Assembly: GCA_003009755.1 (NCBI GenBank)
Contig: PXUB01000001.1
Coordinates: 1 to 64,000, forward strand
Direction of reading: 5' to 3'
Length of the DNA: 64,000 nucleotides
Source: Thermoplasmatales archaeon SW_10_69_26
Lineage (GTDB): Archaea; Thermoplasmatota; SW-10-69-26
This document shows positions 56,692-64,000 of the stretch, one piece after another. The notes under the pieces are model-generated. The model saw only the letters and a program-made list of their open reading frames with translations. It was not told the origin of the DNA and did not search any database. The position numbers and the translations under genes are program-made. Position 1 is the stretch's first letter, and every line of letters starts with the position of its first letter.

Positions 56692-57699
56692 ATGCGCTGG
56701 ACCGCACCCCTCATCGCCTTGTTGCTGCTGACCACCACGTTCCCTGGCTTCACTCAGGCTGCCGGGGCCTCCGACGACTGCGGTCGCGTCGACGCGAGCG
56801 TCGAGGACGATACCTGCGGCAGCCTACTCAGCGCCAGCGTCGATGGAGACGCCGACGGTCGAGATTGCAACGGGGCGGCCGCCTGCATCACCGTCAGTGG
56901 CACGGGGAACGCCTCCAGCGAGGCAGGTGACGAAGCTTGCGAATCCGGCGACGTCGGGGAGGTATCGGCTGGCTGCATCACCGTGAGCGGAACCGGCGAT
57001 GCGAGCAACACCGGTCAGGACCGTTCCTGCGGTGCGGGGTTCCTCACCGTGGCAGCGGGCTGCATCGCGATCAGCGGCACTGGGAACGCGAGCAACGAGG
57101 CCGGCGACCGGTCCTGCGGCTCGGGAGTAGGCGTCCACGCGGGGTGCATCGCGGTCAGCGGTGCCGGGAACGCCTCCAACGGAGGCGATGATAGGTCCTG
57201 CGGGATCGGGGTCGTCGTGCCGAGCATCGGCTGCGTCGCCATCAGCGGCACCGGCGACGCAAGCAACGAAGCGGAGCGGGGTGCCTGCGGTCTCGGAGGC
57301 CAAGGAGCAGGGATCGGCTGCATCGCGATCAGCGGCACCGGCGACGCCGAGAACCGCGGCGACCGCGACTCCTGCGGCGTCGCCGTTGTGGTCGGGGCCG
57401 GGGTCGGATGCGTCGCGATCAGCGCAACCGGCAACGCATCGAACGAAGCGGGGGACTACGCGTGCGGCTACAGCCGGGGCGCCGTGGCGGCCGGATGCGT
57501 CGCGATCAGCGCAACCGGTAATGCATCGAACGCGGCAGGCCACACGTCGTGCGGGCACGCGGATCCGTACTACTCCGTTCCGTTCCGCATCGCTGCGGTC
57601 GGCTGCTCGGCGGCACCGGGCCCGGACCCGACCCCAGAAGCGATGGGCCCGCTCGGGGTCACCCTCGACGATCTTCTCTCGACGTCTCTCGAGGGCTGA
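56692..57699 (+). CDS. Secreted Cys-rich tandem-repeat protein
   Basis: Signal peptide; 8 full and 1 partial repeats of about 29 aa, C-x(5-11)-C[IV][AT][IV]S[GA]TG[ND]ASN. Confidence 0.8.
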   Translation: MRWTAPLIALLLLTTTFPGFTQAAGASDDCGRVDASVEDDTCGSLLSASVDGDADGRDCNGAAACITVSGTGNASSEAGDEACESGDVGEVSAGCITVSGTGDASNTGQDRSCGAGFLTVAAGCIAISGTGNASNEAGDRSCGSGVGVHAGCIAVSGAGNASNGGDDRSCGIGVVVPSIGCVAISGTGDASNEAERGACGLGGQGAGIGCIAISGTGDAENRGDRDSCGVAVVVGAGVGCVAISATGNASNEAGDYACGYSRGAVAAGCVAISATGNASNAAGHTSCGHADPYYSVPFRIAAVGCSAAPGPDPTPEAMGPLGVTLDDLLSTSLEG

Positions 57700-57728
57700 C
57701 AAAGGGATCCGCCGGCTGCTTCGACGCC

Positions 57729-58703
57729 TCACACCCGCGCCAGCAGCACGCGGATCGCCTCGTCGACGTCCTCGTCCTCCTCGGTGACCTGGTAGACGGC
57801 CTGCGTGAGCGCCAGGTCCAGGCCCTCGTCCTCGGCGGCACGGTGGAAGGCCTGGGCCGCGGGCACGCCCTCGACGACCTTGCCGCCCAGGGATTCGATC
57901 GCCTCGTCGACGGTCGTGCCCTCGCCGACGCGGCGGCCGAAGGTGCGGTTGCGGGAGTGGTCGCTGCCGGCGGTCGCGATCAGGTCGCCGACGCCGGCGA
58001 GCCCGTAGGCGGTGCGGCGTTCGCCGCCGAGCTCGGGCAACAGGCGGGCCATCTCGTTGAGGCCGAGCGTGATGAGGGCCGAGGTGGTGTTGTCGCCGTA
58101 GCCGAGCCCCTTGCTCATGCCGGTCCCGATCGCGATGACGTTCTTGTAGGCGCCGCACAGCTCGACGCCGGTGCGGTCGGTGTGGGCGTAGGCCTTGAAC
58201 GTGGGCGTCGAGATCGCGGTGACGACCTTGCGGGCCAGCGCCTCGTCGGGATGGGCCACGATCGTGCCGGTCGGCTGGTCGCGGGAGACCTCCTCGGCGT
58301 GGTTGGGGCCGGAGAGCGCGACGGTGTCGTGGCCGGTCTCCTCCTCGATGACCGCGGCCATCGTCTGGTGGGTCTCGTAGGCCAGGCCCTTGGTGGCGGA
58401 GACGATCGTGGCGTCGTCGGCGAGCAGGTCGGCGTAGCGGGCCGCCAGCTCGCGCGTGGCGTGCGAGGGGACGGCGTGGATGACGATCTCGGCGTCCTCA
58501 AGGCACGTGGCGAGGTCGTTGGTGACCTCGAGCGCTCGGGGTAGCACGACGCCGGGCAGGTACTTCTCGTTCTCGCGGTCGGTCTGGATGCGCTGGGCGC
58601 GCTCCTTGCCGCGAACCCACAGGTGGGTGTCGACGCCGCGCAGCGAGGTGACGCGGGCCAGCGTGGTGCCCCAGGCACCGGCGCCGACGACGCCGACCTT
58701 CAT
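57729..58703 (-). CDS. gpsA: NAD(P)H-dependent glycerol-3-phosphate dehydrogenase
   Basis: GAGAWGT, ATKG, LSGPNHA, GVELCGAYKN, GVGDL, SRN, VEG. Confidence 0.95.
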   Translation of the reverse strand: MKVGVVGAGAWGTTLARVTSLRGVDTHLWVRGKERAQRIQTDRENEKYLPGVVLPRALEVTNDLATCLEDAEIVIHAVPSHATRELAARYADLLADDATIVSATKGLAYETHQTMAAVIEEETGHDTVALSGPNHAEEVSRDQPTGTIVAHPDEALARKVVTAISTPTFKAYAHTDRTGVELCGAYKNVIAIGTGMSKGLGYGDNTTSALITLGLNEMARLLPELGGERRTAYGLAGVGDLIATAGSDHSRNRTFGRRVGEGTTVDEAIESLGGKVVEGVPAAQAFHRAAEDEGLDLALTQAVYQVTEEDEDVDEAIRVLLARV

Positions 58704-59392
58704 GCGGTCGCCTCCTCGTCGTCGCGGTGCTCGGCGGGCACGTAGTCGGGGTTGCGCTGGTACTCGTGGACGTACTCCTGCCCGCTGAGGGCCTGGATGG
58801 CCTCCATGATCTCGTCGGTGACCTCGCGGCAGGTGTCGTAGTCGTCCTGTTGGCCGTGGCGGTCCTCGAAGGTGAGCGGCTCGCCGAAGGCCACCTCCAC
58901 GTCGGGGAAGCGGGGCAGCTTTTGGCCTTTCGGCATGGCCTCGTAGGTGCCCTCGACGCCGACCGGGACGACGGGCACGCCGACACCGAGCGCGAGCCGT
59001 GCGACGCCCGTGTGGCCTTTGTGCAGGCGGCCGTCGAGCGAGCGGGTGCCCTCGGGGTAGATGCAGAACAGCTTGCCGTCCTCGAGGACTTGGACGGCGC
59101 GGTCGAGGGCCTCGTCGTCGCCCTTGCCGCGTTCGATCGGGATCACGCCCCACTGCTCGAACAGCCACGCCTTCAGGGGAGCCTCGAAGTGCTCGACCTT
59201 CGAGATGAAGGACACCGGTCGGTCGATGACCGCCGGCTTGACGAAGTGATCCAGGAACGAGAGGTGGTTGCTCGCGAGGATCGCGGCGCCCTCGCCGGGG
59301 ATGTGCTCGCGCCCGGAGGCCTCGATGCTCCAGGCGCCGCGGATGAGGGGGCCGAGGGTGGCGTGGCTGAGCTTGTAGAAGCGCTCGCCCAT
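58700..59392 (-). CDS. plsC: 1-acyl-sn-glycerol-3-phosphate acyltransferase
   Basis: SNHLSFLD (HxxxxD), YPEGTRS, GHTGVARLA; ATGA overlap with gpsA. Confidence 0.92.
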   Translation of the reverse strand: MGERFYKLSHATLGPLIRGAWSIEASGREHIPGEGAAILASNHLSFLDHFVKPAVIDRPVSFISKVEHFEAPLKAWLFEQWGVIPIERGKGDDEALDRAVQVLEDGKLFCIYPEGTRSLDGRLHKGHTGVARLALGVGVPVVPVGVEGTYEAMPKGQKLPRFPDVEVAFGEPLTFEDRHGQQDDYDTCREVTDEIMEAIQALSGQEYVHEYQRNPDYVPAEHRDDEEATA

Positions 59393-59540
59393 GCGTGGCC
59401 CAAGCAAGCACCGAGGGAGCTTAAAACCCGCTGGCGGGAACCGCCTTTTCGGCCGCCGCGAGGGGTCGGCTCGGGCCGCGGGCGGCCTTTCGAAGGCGAA
59501 AAGGCTTTCGTGGCCAGGAACGTCGTTGGTTCCGGTACCC

Positions 59541-59774
59541 ATGGCCATCGGCTTCGTCCTCATCAGCACCGAGCCCGGGCACGAGAAGGAGGTCTACAAC
59601 GCGCTCCTCCGACTCAACCAGGTTCAGGAGCTGCACCCCCTGTTCGGCGAGTACGATCTCATCGTCAAGCTGGAAGCCCAGGACTTCGACTCCCTGGGCC
59701 ACCTCGTCGTCGAGAAGGTCCGTTCGATCGACGGCGTCAAGGAGACCAAGACCCTGACGGGGACGAAGTTCTAG
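59541..59774 (+). CDS. Stand-alone Lrp/AsnC ligand-binding (RAM) domain protein
   Basis: GFVLIS…LFGEYDLIVK…IDGVKETKT, no HTH. Confidence 0.9.
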   Translation: MAIGFVLISTEPGHEKEVYNALLRLNQVQELHPLFGEYDLIVKLEAQDFDSLGHLVVEKVRSIDGVKETKTLTGTKF

Positions 59775-59822
59775 CCCGGCGAGGTCGTCGACCCCCGAGG
59801 GGCCTGCTCCAGGGGCTGTCGC

Positions 59823-59975
59823 GAGCACAGCTGGGTCGTGGACGATCACCTCGTCCACGCCGGGCTCCCGTTCGGAGTGGGCGCCTTCGGCCTGGGCCGC
59901 ATCCTCGGCCTCGACCGCCGCCGGAAGGAGAGAGCTCGTCGACAGCAACCCTGGCGTCGCTACCTGCGCGGGTGA
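59823..59975 (+). pseudogene. C-terminal remnant of a DoxX/TQO-subunit-like gene
   Basis: HSWVVDDHLVHAGLPFGVGAFGLGRILGLD…PWRRYLRG*, no start. Confidence 0.5.
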
Positions 59976-60121
59976 CCGCCCGGGCGACCGCGACAGCGAC
60001 CTCGGTCTCGGCCCGAAGGTCGAGGGACGCGGGTCTGCCCGGCAACCTTCGCTGGTCCCGTCACGTGCTCGGTGAGCAGCCAGCCCTGGCTGCGTACCTG
60101 TTGGGGTGAGCCAAGCGAGCC

Positions 60122-60454
60122 TCAGCGGGCCTCGGTGTCGCCGTCGCGGGTGCCGTCCCCACCGGGGATCTCGTCGTCCTCGACGAGGTCGATCTCCTCG
60201 AGGTCGACGACCTGGAACAGGTCGCAGATCAGGCAACCGGACGTGACGAGGGCGACCGGGACGTCGGCGTCGCCGCGCTCGATCACGTCGATCGTCGGAT
60301 GCCCGCACGTCGAGCAGGATCCAGCAGCCTCCACCTCGAACTCGTCCCCGATCTGGGGCCACTCGGCCGTGGACAGCAGCGCCCGGGCCCGGTCGGGGTT
60401 GCGGTTCATTCGGTCGATCGTGGCCCGGGCCCAACCCGGGATCTCGTCAGCCAT
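60122..60454 (-). CDS. Small Zn-finger protein
   Basis: CSTC…CLIC pairs, acidic. Confidence 0.55.
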   Translation of the reverse strand: MADEIPGWARATIDRMNRNPDRARALLSTAEWPQIGDEFEVEAAGSCSTCGHPTIDVIERGDADVPVALVTSGCLICDLFQVVDLEEIDLVEDDEIPGGDGTRDGDTEAR

Positions 60455-60482
60455 CGCAACCCGGCCATGGCGAGGGGTGTAC

Positions 60483-61511
60483 CTAACTCTGGGGGGTCGC
60501 CGGATCGAACGCTTCGGCCAGCCGGGCCTTGAGCGCGTCGATCACGGAGACCGGTTCGGGATCGGTGCCCTCGCGGCGCGCCAGGTGCAGACTGACGAGG
60601 TCACCGAGGAGGATCGCCTCGAGCGCGGCCCCGATGTCCGACCCCTCGACGCGGGCCTCGACGACGGGGGCGCCGGCGTCGCTGGCGCGTTCGGCGAAGA
60701 AGCGGGTGCGGGCGCGCTCGAGCGGCTCCTCGTCCTCGCGGCCGACGACGACGAGCGTCGCGTCGCCGGGGTCGCCGTCCCAGCCGACGATCTGGTTGTG
60801 GGCGGCCTCGGGCAGGGTGGCGTGGAAGCCCAGGCGTTTGCCGTTCTCGGCGACCTCGCCGGCCCAGCGGCGGGCGACGACGCCGAACACGTCGTGGCCG
60901 ACGACGCCGACGGGGCCGTCGCCGAGCTGGCCGGCGATCTCGTCGGCGCGGCCGCCCTCGCGCGCAAGCTCGTCGACCTTGTCGCTCAGGCGCTGGGCGG
61001 TCGAGCGCACCCGATCGAGGTCGTCGACGCCCAGGATGCGCGACAGCGCGGCGTGGTTGGCGCCCCACAGCCAGCCGACGGCGGCGCGGGGCTGGTAGCC
61101 GGCGGGCACAGAGACCGTGGCCGCGCCCACCTCGTCGGCGACGTCGCCGAGCTCGCCGCCGGTCGTGATCGCGACGAGGTCGGCACCGCGGTCGGCGCAG
61201 GCGCGGGCGGCGTCGACGGTCTCGGCGGTGTCGCCGGAGTAGGAGGTGGCGACGACGAGCGTGTCCTCGTCGACGAAGCCCGGCGGCTCGTGGTCGCGGA
61301 GGACGTGGATCGGGACGTCCACGCGGTCCTCCAGGAGGGCGGCGGCCAGGGCCCCGCCGAACGACGATCCACCCATCCCGCAGACGACGACCGACGTGTG
61401 GGGACCGGTGGGCAGATCGGCCGCTTCGGCGGCCGAAACGGCCGCCTCCACGTGGTCGGGCATCTCGCGGGTGGCCGTCATCATCGCATCCAGCGCCATG
61501 AGCGCGCCCAT
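60483..61511 (-). CDS. Bifunctional phosphoglucose/phosphomannose isomerase (SIS domains)
   Basis: CGMGGS, SYSGDTAET, ITTGG, QPRAA, ENGK, PEAAHN. Confidence 0.92.
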   Translation of the reverse strand: MGALMALDAMMTATREMPDHVEAAVSAAEAADLPTGPHTSVVVCGMGGSSFGGALAAALLEDRVDVPIHVLRDHEPPGFVDEDTLVVATSYSGDTAETVDAARACADRGADLVAITTGGELGDVADEVGAATVSVPAGYQPRAAVGWLWGANHAALSRILGVDDLDRVRSTAQRLSDKVDELAREGGRADEIAGQLGDGPVGVVGHDVFGVVARRWAGEVAENGKRLGFHATLPEAAHNQIVGWDGDPGDATLVVVGREDEEPLERARTRFFAERASDAGAPVVEARVEGSDIGAALEAILLGDLVSLHLARREGTDPEPVSVIDALKARLAEAFDPATPQS

Positions 61512-61546
61512 GGAGCCCCCCGCCCTTAGGATGCTCGGCCAACATG

Positions 61547-62743
61547 CTAGCTGTGCGAGGGGCCCCGGGTCCGGCCGGCGAGGACGAGGGCGAGGGCGCC
61601 GAGCACGACGGCCAAGCCTCCAGAGATCCACAGCAGGATCCGGCGGCCGAGGACGGGGGTCAGGCCGGCGTAGAGCGGTGGCCCGATCGTCTGGCCCAGG
61701 CGGACCATGCTCGTGCGGAGGCTCATCGCGCCGCCGCGGAAGCGGTCGGGGACGAGCTGGCTGACCTCGGTATCCAGGGAGGGCATCGAGAGGCCCATGC
61801 CGGCGCCGAAAGGTAGGATGCCGATCGCGGCGAGCGTGGGCGTGGGCGCCCAGGCGACGCCGGCGAGGCCGAGGCCGAGCGCGAGGACGCCGGCGGCGAT
61901 GATCGGCGGGTTCGAGAACCGGCGAGCCAGGCGGCCGTTGAGGCTGGAGGAGACGGCGGTGGCGGCCGAGGAGGCGGTCAAGACCACGCCGATGGCGACG
62001 GCCGACAACCCCAGGTCCTGGTCGAGCAGGAACGGCATCGTGGTGAGGACGCCGCCGTAGAGGAGGACGAAGATCCCGAGCGCGGTCGCGTACAGGAGGG
62101 CGGATTCGATGCCGCGCAGCGCTCGCAGGGCGCCGGTGATGTAGGACAGCCCGCCGACGGGGTCCTCGATCACCGGCTCCTCGAGGATCTCGAGGGCGAG
62201 CAGGCCGACGGGCACGCCGACGAGGTACAGGGCGAAGGGCGCCCGCCAGTCGATCTCGGACAGCAGGCCGCCGACGAGCGGGTAGATGCCGGTCCCGATG
62301 GAGAGCACGGCGCCGTTGAGGCCCATGATCGCGTTGCGTTGGCTGCCCTCGAAGGTGTCGCCGATGAGCGTGATCGCGAGCGTGATCAGCCCGGCAGCGG
62401 CCGCCCCCTGCACGACGCGCAGCGCGACGACCGTCCACAGGCCCGGGGCCAGCAGGACCGCACCGCCGGCGACCCCGTAGACGACGAGGGACGGGATCAG
62501 GACCGGGCGGCGGCCGTAGCGGTCGGCCAGGATGCCCACGACCGGCCCCATGAGGATGCCGGGCAGCGTGAACGCGGACAGGATCAGGCTGGCTTCGGCT
62601 TCCGTGATGCCCAGGCTGTTGCGGATGGCCGGCAGAGCCGGGCTGATGAGCGAGACCCCCATGACGCCCATCAGCGTGCTGGCCAGGATGACCTGGACGG
62701 TGGGCATGCGGACGGAGCCGAGCGTGCCCTCGTCGTTGGCCAC
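61547..62743 (-). CDS. MFS transporter
   Basis: GILADRYGRRPV motif A, 12 TM helices. Confidence 0.93.
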   Translation of the reverse strand: MANDEGTLGSVRMPTVQVILASTLMGVMGVSLISPALPAIRNSLGITEAEASLILSAFTLPGILMGPVVGILADRYGRRPVLIPSLVVYGVAGGAVLLAPGLWTVVALRVVQGAAAAGLITLAITLIGDTFEGSQRNAIMGLNGAVLSIGTGIYPLVGGLLSEIDWRAPFALYLVGVPVGLLALEILEEPVIEDPVGGLSYITGALRALRGIESALLYATALGIFVLLYGGVLTTMPFLLDQDLGLSAVAIGVVLTASSAATAVSSSLNGRLARRFSNPPIIAAGVLALGLGLAGVAWAPTPTLAAIGILPFGAGMGLSMPSLDTEVSQLVPDRFRGGAMSLRTSMVRLGQTIGPPLYAGLTPVLGRRILLWISGGLAVVLGALALVLAGRTRGPSHS

Positions 62744-62852
62744 GGCGCGGGGACAGCGGAGGTCCGGGAAAGGGGTTGTGCCCGGCCTCGGCAGGCGCGA
62801 GCGTCAGCTGCTCTGTCCCACGTTCGCCTATCGTCCCGGCAGACGCGACGAC

Positions 62853-63294
62853 GCGAGGGAGGTCGGCGACCGAAGGGTCAGCCGAGCTTCGGAGACCGCC
62901 CATGTCCACCCGTCTCCGGATCTGCACGCCCTCGGCTATGCCCGCGGTCGGGCGTGCGCTCGGCAGAGCCCCCTCACTCCTCACCGCGAGCCCCATGACG
63001 GCCTGCCTCTGCCAATCGAACCGAGGTAGGATGGCCGCCTCACTGTGAAGACAGGACTGTCACTGCCATCGTGCCCCCAGGAAGCCCGGTCCTATCCGCG
63101 GAGAAGCGAGGGAGGTCGGCGACCGAAGGGTCGGACCGAGGCAGGACGCCCGCGTCCACCATGGAACCTGAGCTGCCGCTGACAAGGAGCTCGAAGCAGG
63201 CATCCCGGCGGGATGCCGATGCAGAGCGACGCCGTCAGCGTGGCCTGCTCAGGGCAGCCTGCCGACGGGAGACCCTGAGGGAGCCGACCTTCCC
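62853..63294. repeat. Two structured elements each starting with an identical 27-bp sequence
   Basis: GCGAGGGAGGTCGGCGACCGAAGGGTC at 62853-62879 and 63106-63132; nested stems. Confidence 0.75.
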
Positions 63295-63298
63295 CGAG

Positions 63299-63595
63299 CT
63301 AGTACTGCCGCCACTTGTTCCCGCATTCGGCGCAGGTGAGGATGATGGTGGTGGGCTCGTCGGCTGCCCGCGTCTGTTCGGTCCGGTAGTAGGCGTCGCG
63401 CTCGCCGCACTCCTCGCATTCGTACTCGTCGGTCTTGGGGAGGGCGTGCGCGTGCTCGTCCTCGTCGACCATCGTGATCTCCTCGCCTTCCGAGGACTGG
63501 GAGACCTTCTGGCCCTCACCCTCGGTGCCGCAGTCGTCGCAGATGGGGCCCTCGGGTGACGGCTGCATCATGCTCCCGCATTCCGGACAAAGCAT
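63299..63595 (-). CDS. tfs: Transcription factor S / RNA polymerase subunit M family
   Basis: CPEC…CDDC and CEEC…QTRAADEP…CAEC ribbons with the DE pair intact. Confidence 0.93.
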   Translation of the reverse strand: MLCPECGSMMQPSPEGPICDDCGTEGEGQKVSQSSEGEEITMVDEDEHAHALPKTDEYECEECGERDAYYRTEQTRAADEPTTIILTCAECGNKWRQY

Positions 63596-63659
63596 CGGCC
63601 CCGCGGTAGCAGCCGGTGCGATGTAAGCCTTTTGCCGGGAGAGCTCGTCCGCGAGCCCG

Positions 63660-64000
63660 GTGCTCGTCGAGGCGTTGCGAGGCTCGATCCGCGTCCTCTA
63701 CCACGTGCTCGATGGCCGACCCTTCGAGCACGCGAGGGACACGGCCACGGTGCGCGGGTTCGTCTTCGAGCCGGACGCCGAGGCCGAGCGGACGGTCGCG
63801 TTCGTGCACGGGCTCGGGGACGCCTCGACGACGTGGCTGCGTCAGGTGCGAGGCCTGCGCCAGGATGCGCGGTTGGTGCTGGTGGACCTGCCGCCGTTCG
63901 GGCGCTCCAAGCTGGCGGACGGTTACGCGCTGGGCCCCGACGAGCACGCCCGGCTGTTGGCGCCGATCGTCGCCGAGCACGCCGTGGGTCCGACGACCGT
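63660..64000 (+). CDS. Alpha/beta hydrolase (truncated by window end)
   Basis: FVHGLGDASTTW…LVDLPPFGRS read directly from the sequence. Confidence 0.8.
   Translation, partial: MLVEALRGSIRVLYHVLDGRPFEHARDTATVRGFVFEPDAEAERTVAFVHGLGDASTTWLRQVRGLRQDARLVLVDLPPFGRSKLADGYALGPDEHARLLAPIVAEHAVGPTT

Noticed and set aside
56860-57540. Periodic DNA repeats (ATCAGCGGCACCGGC…) as a CRISPR array
   Set aside because: Repeats are in frame, vary at synonymous sites and encode the Cys-rich protein repeats

Overview
High-GC window from an archaeon with an acidic (halophile-like) proteome. SRP54, TiaS, TFS/RpoM, archaeal PGI/PMI, a CoaD-YjjX fusion and bacterial-type gpsA/plsC point to a halophilic Thermoplasmatota lineage (inference from gene content, not from a database search). 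It is mostly housekeeping and metabolic genes (P1B ATPase with CopZ-like chaperones, glnA, thiolase, hydroxyacyl-CoA dehydrogenase, DNA ligase, peptidases), plus many secreted or surface proteins, two lower-GC patches (about 30.5-33.4 kb with a PIN toxin-antitoxin pair, and about 44.9-46.2 kb splitting a decayed nirK) and several gene remnants. No tRNA, rRNA, CRISPR array or intact transposase was seen. The most striking locus is 36.0-41.7 kb: a receptor-like Ser/Thr kinase (beta-propeller/PKD ectodomain, TM helix, Hanks kinase) and an HTH-FHA transcription factor flank two tandem copies of a promoter plus structured non-coding RNA unit, which show a compensatory base-pair change and a clean hairpin insertion. 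Other leads are a duplicated palindromic operator at lrp/glnA, a switch-like 5' leader, dispersed structured intergenic repeats, a Cys-paired repeat protein, a PxPG C-terminal sorting signal and a GAF pseudo-histidine kinase. Start codons were chosen by eye and are approximate.
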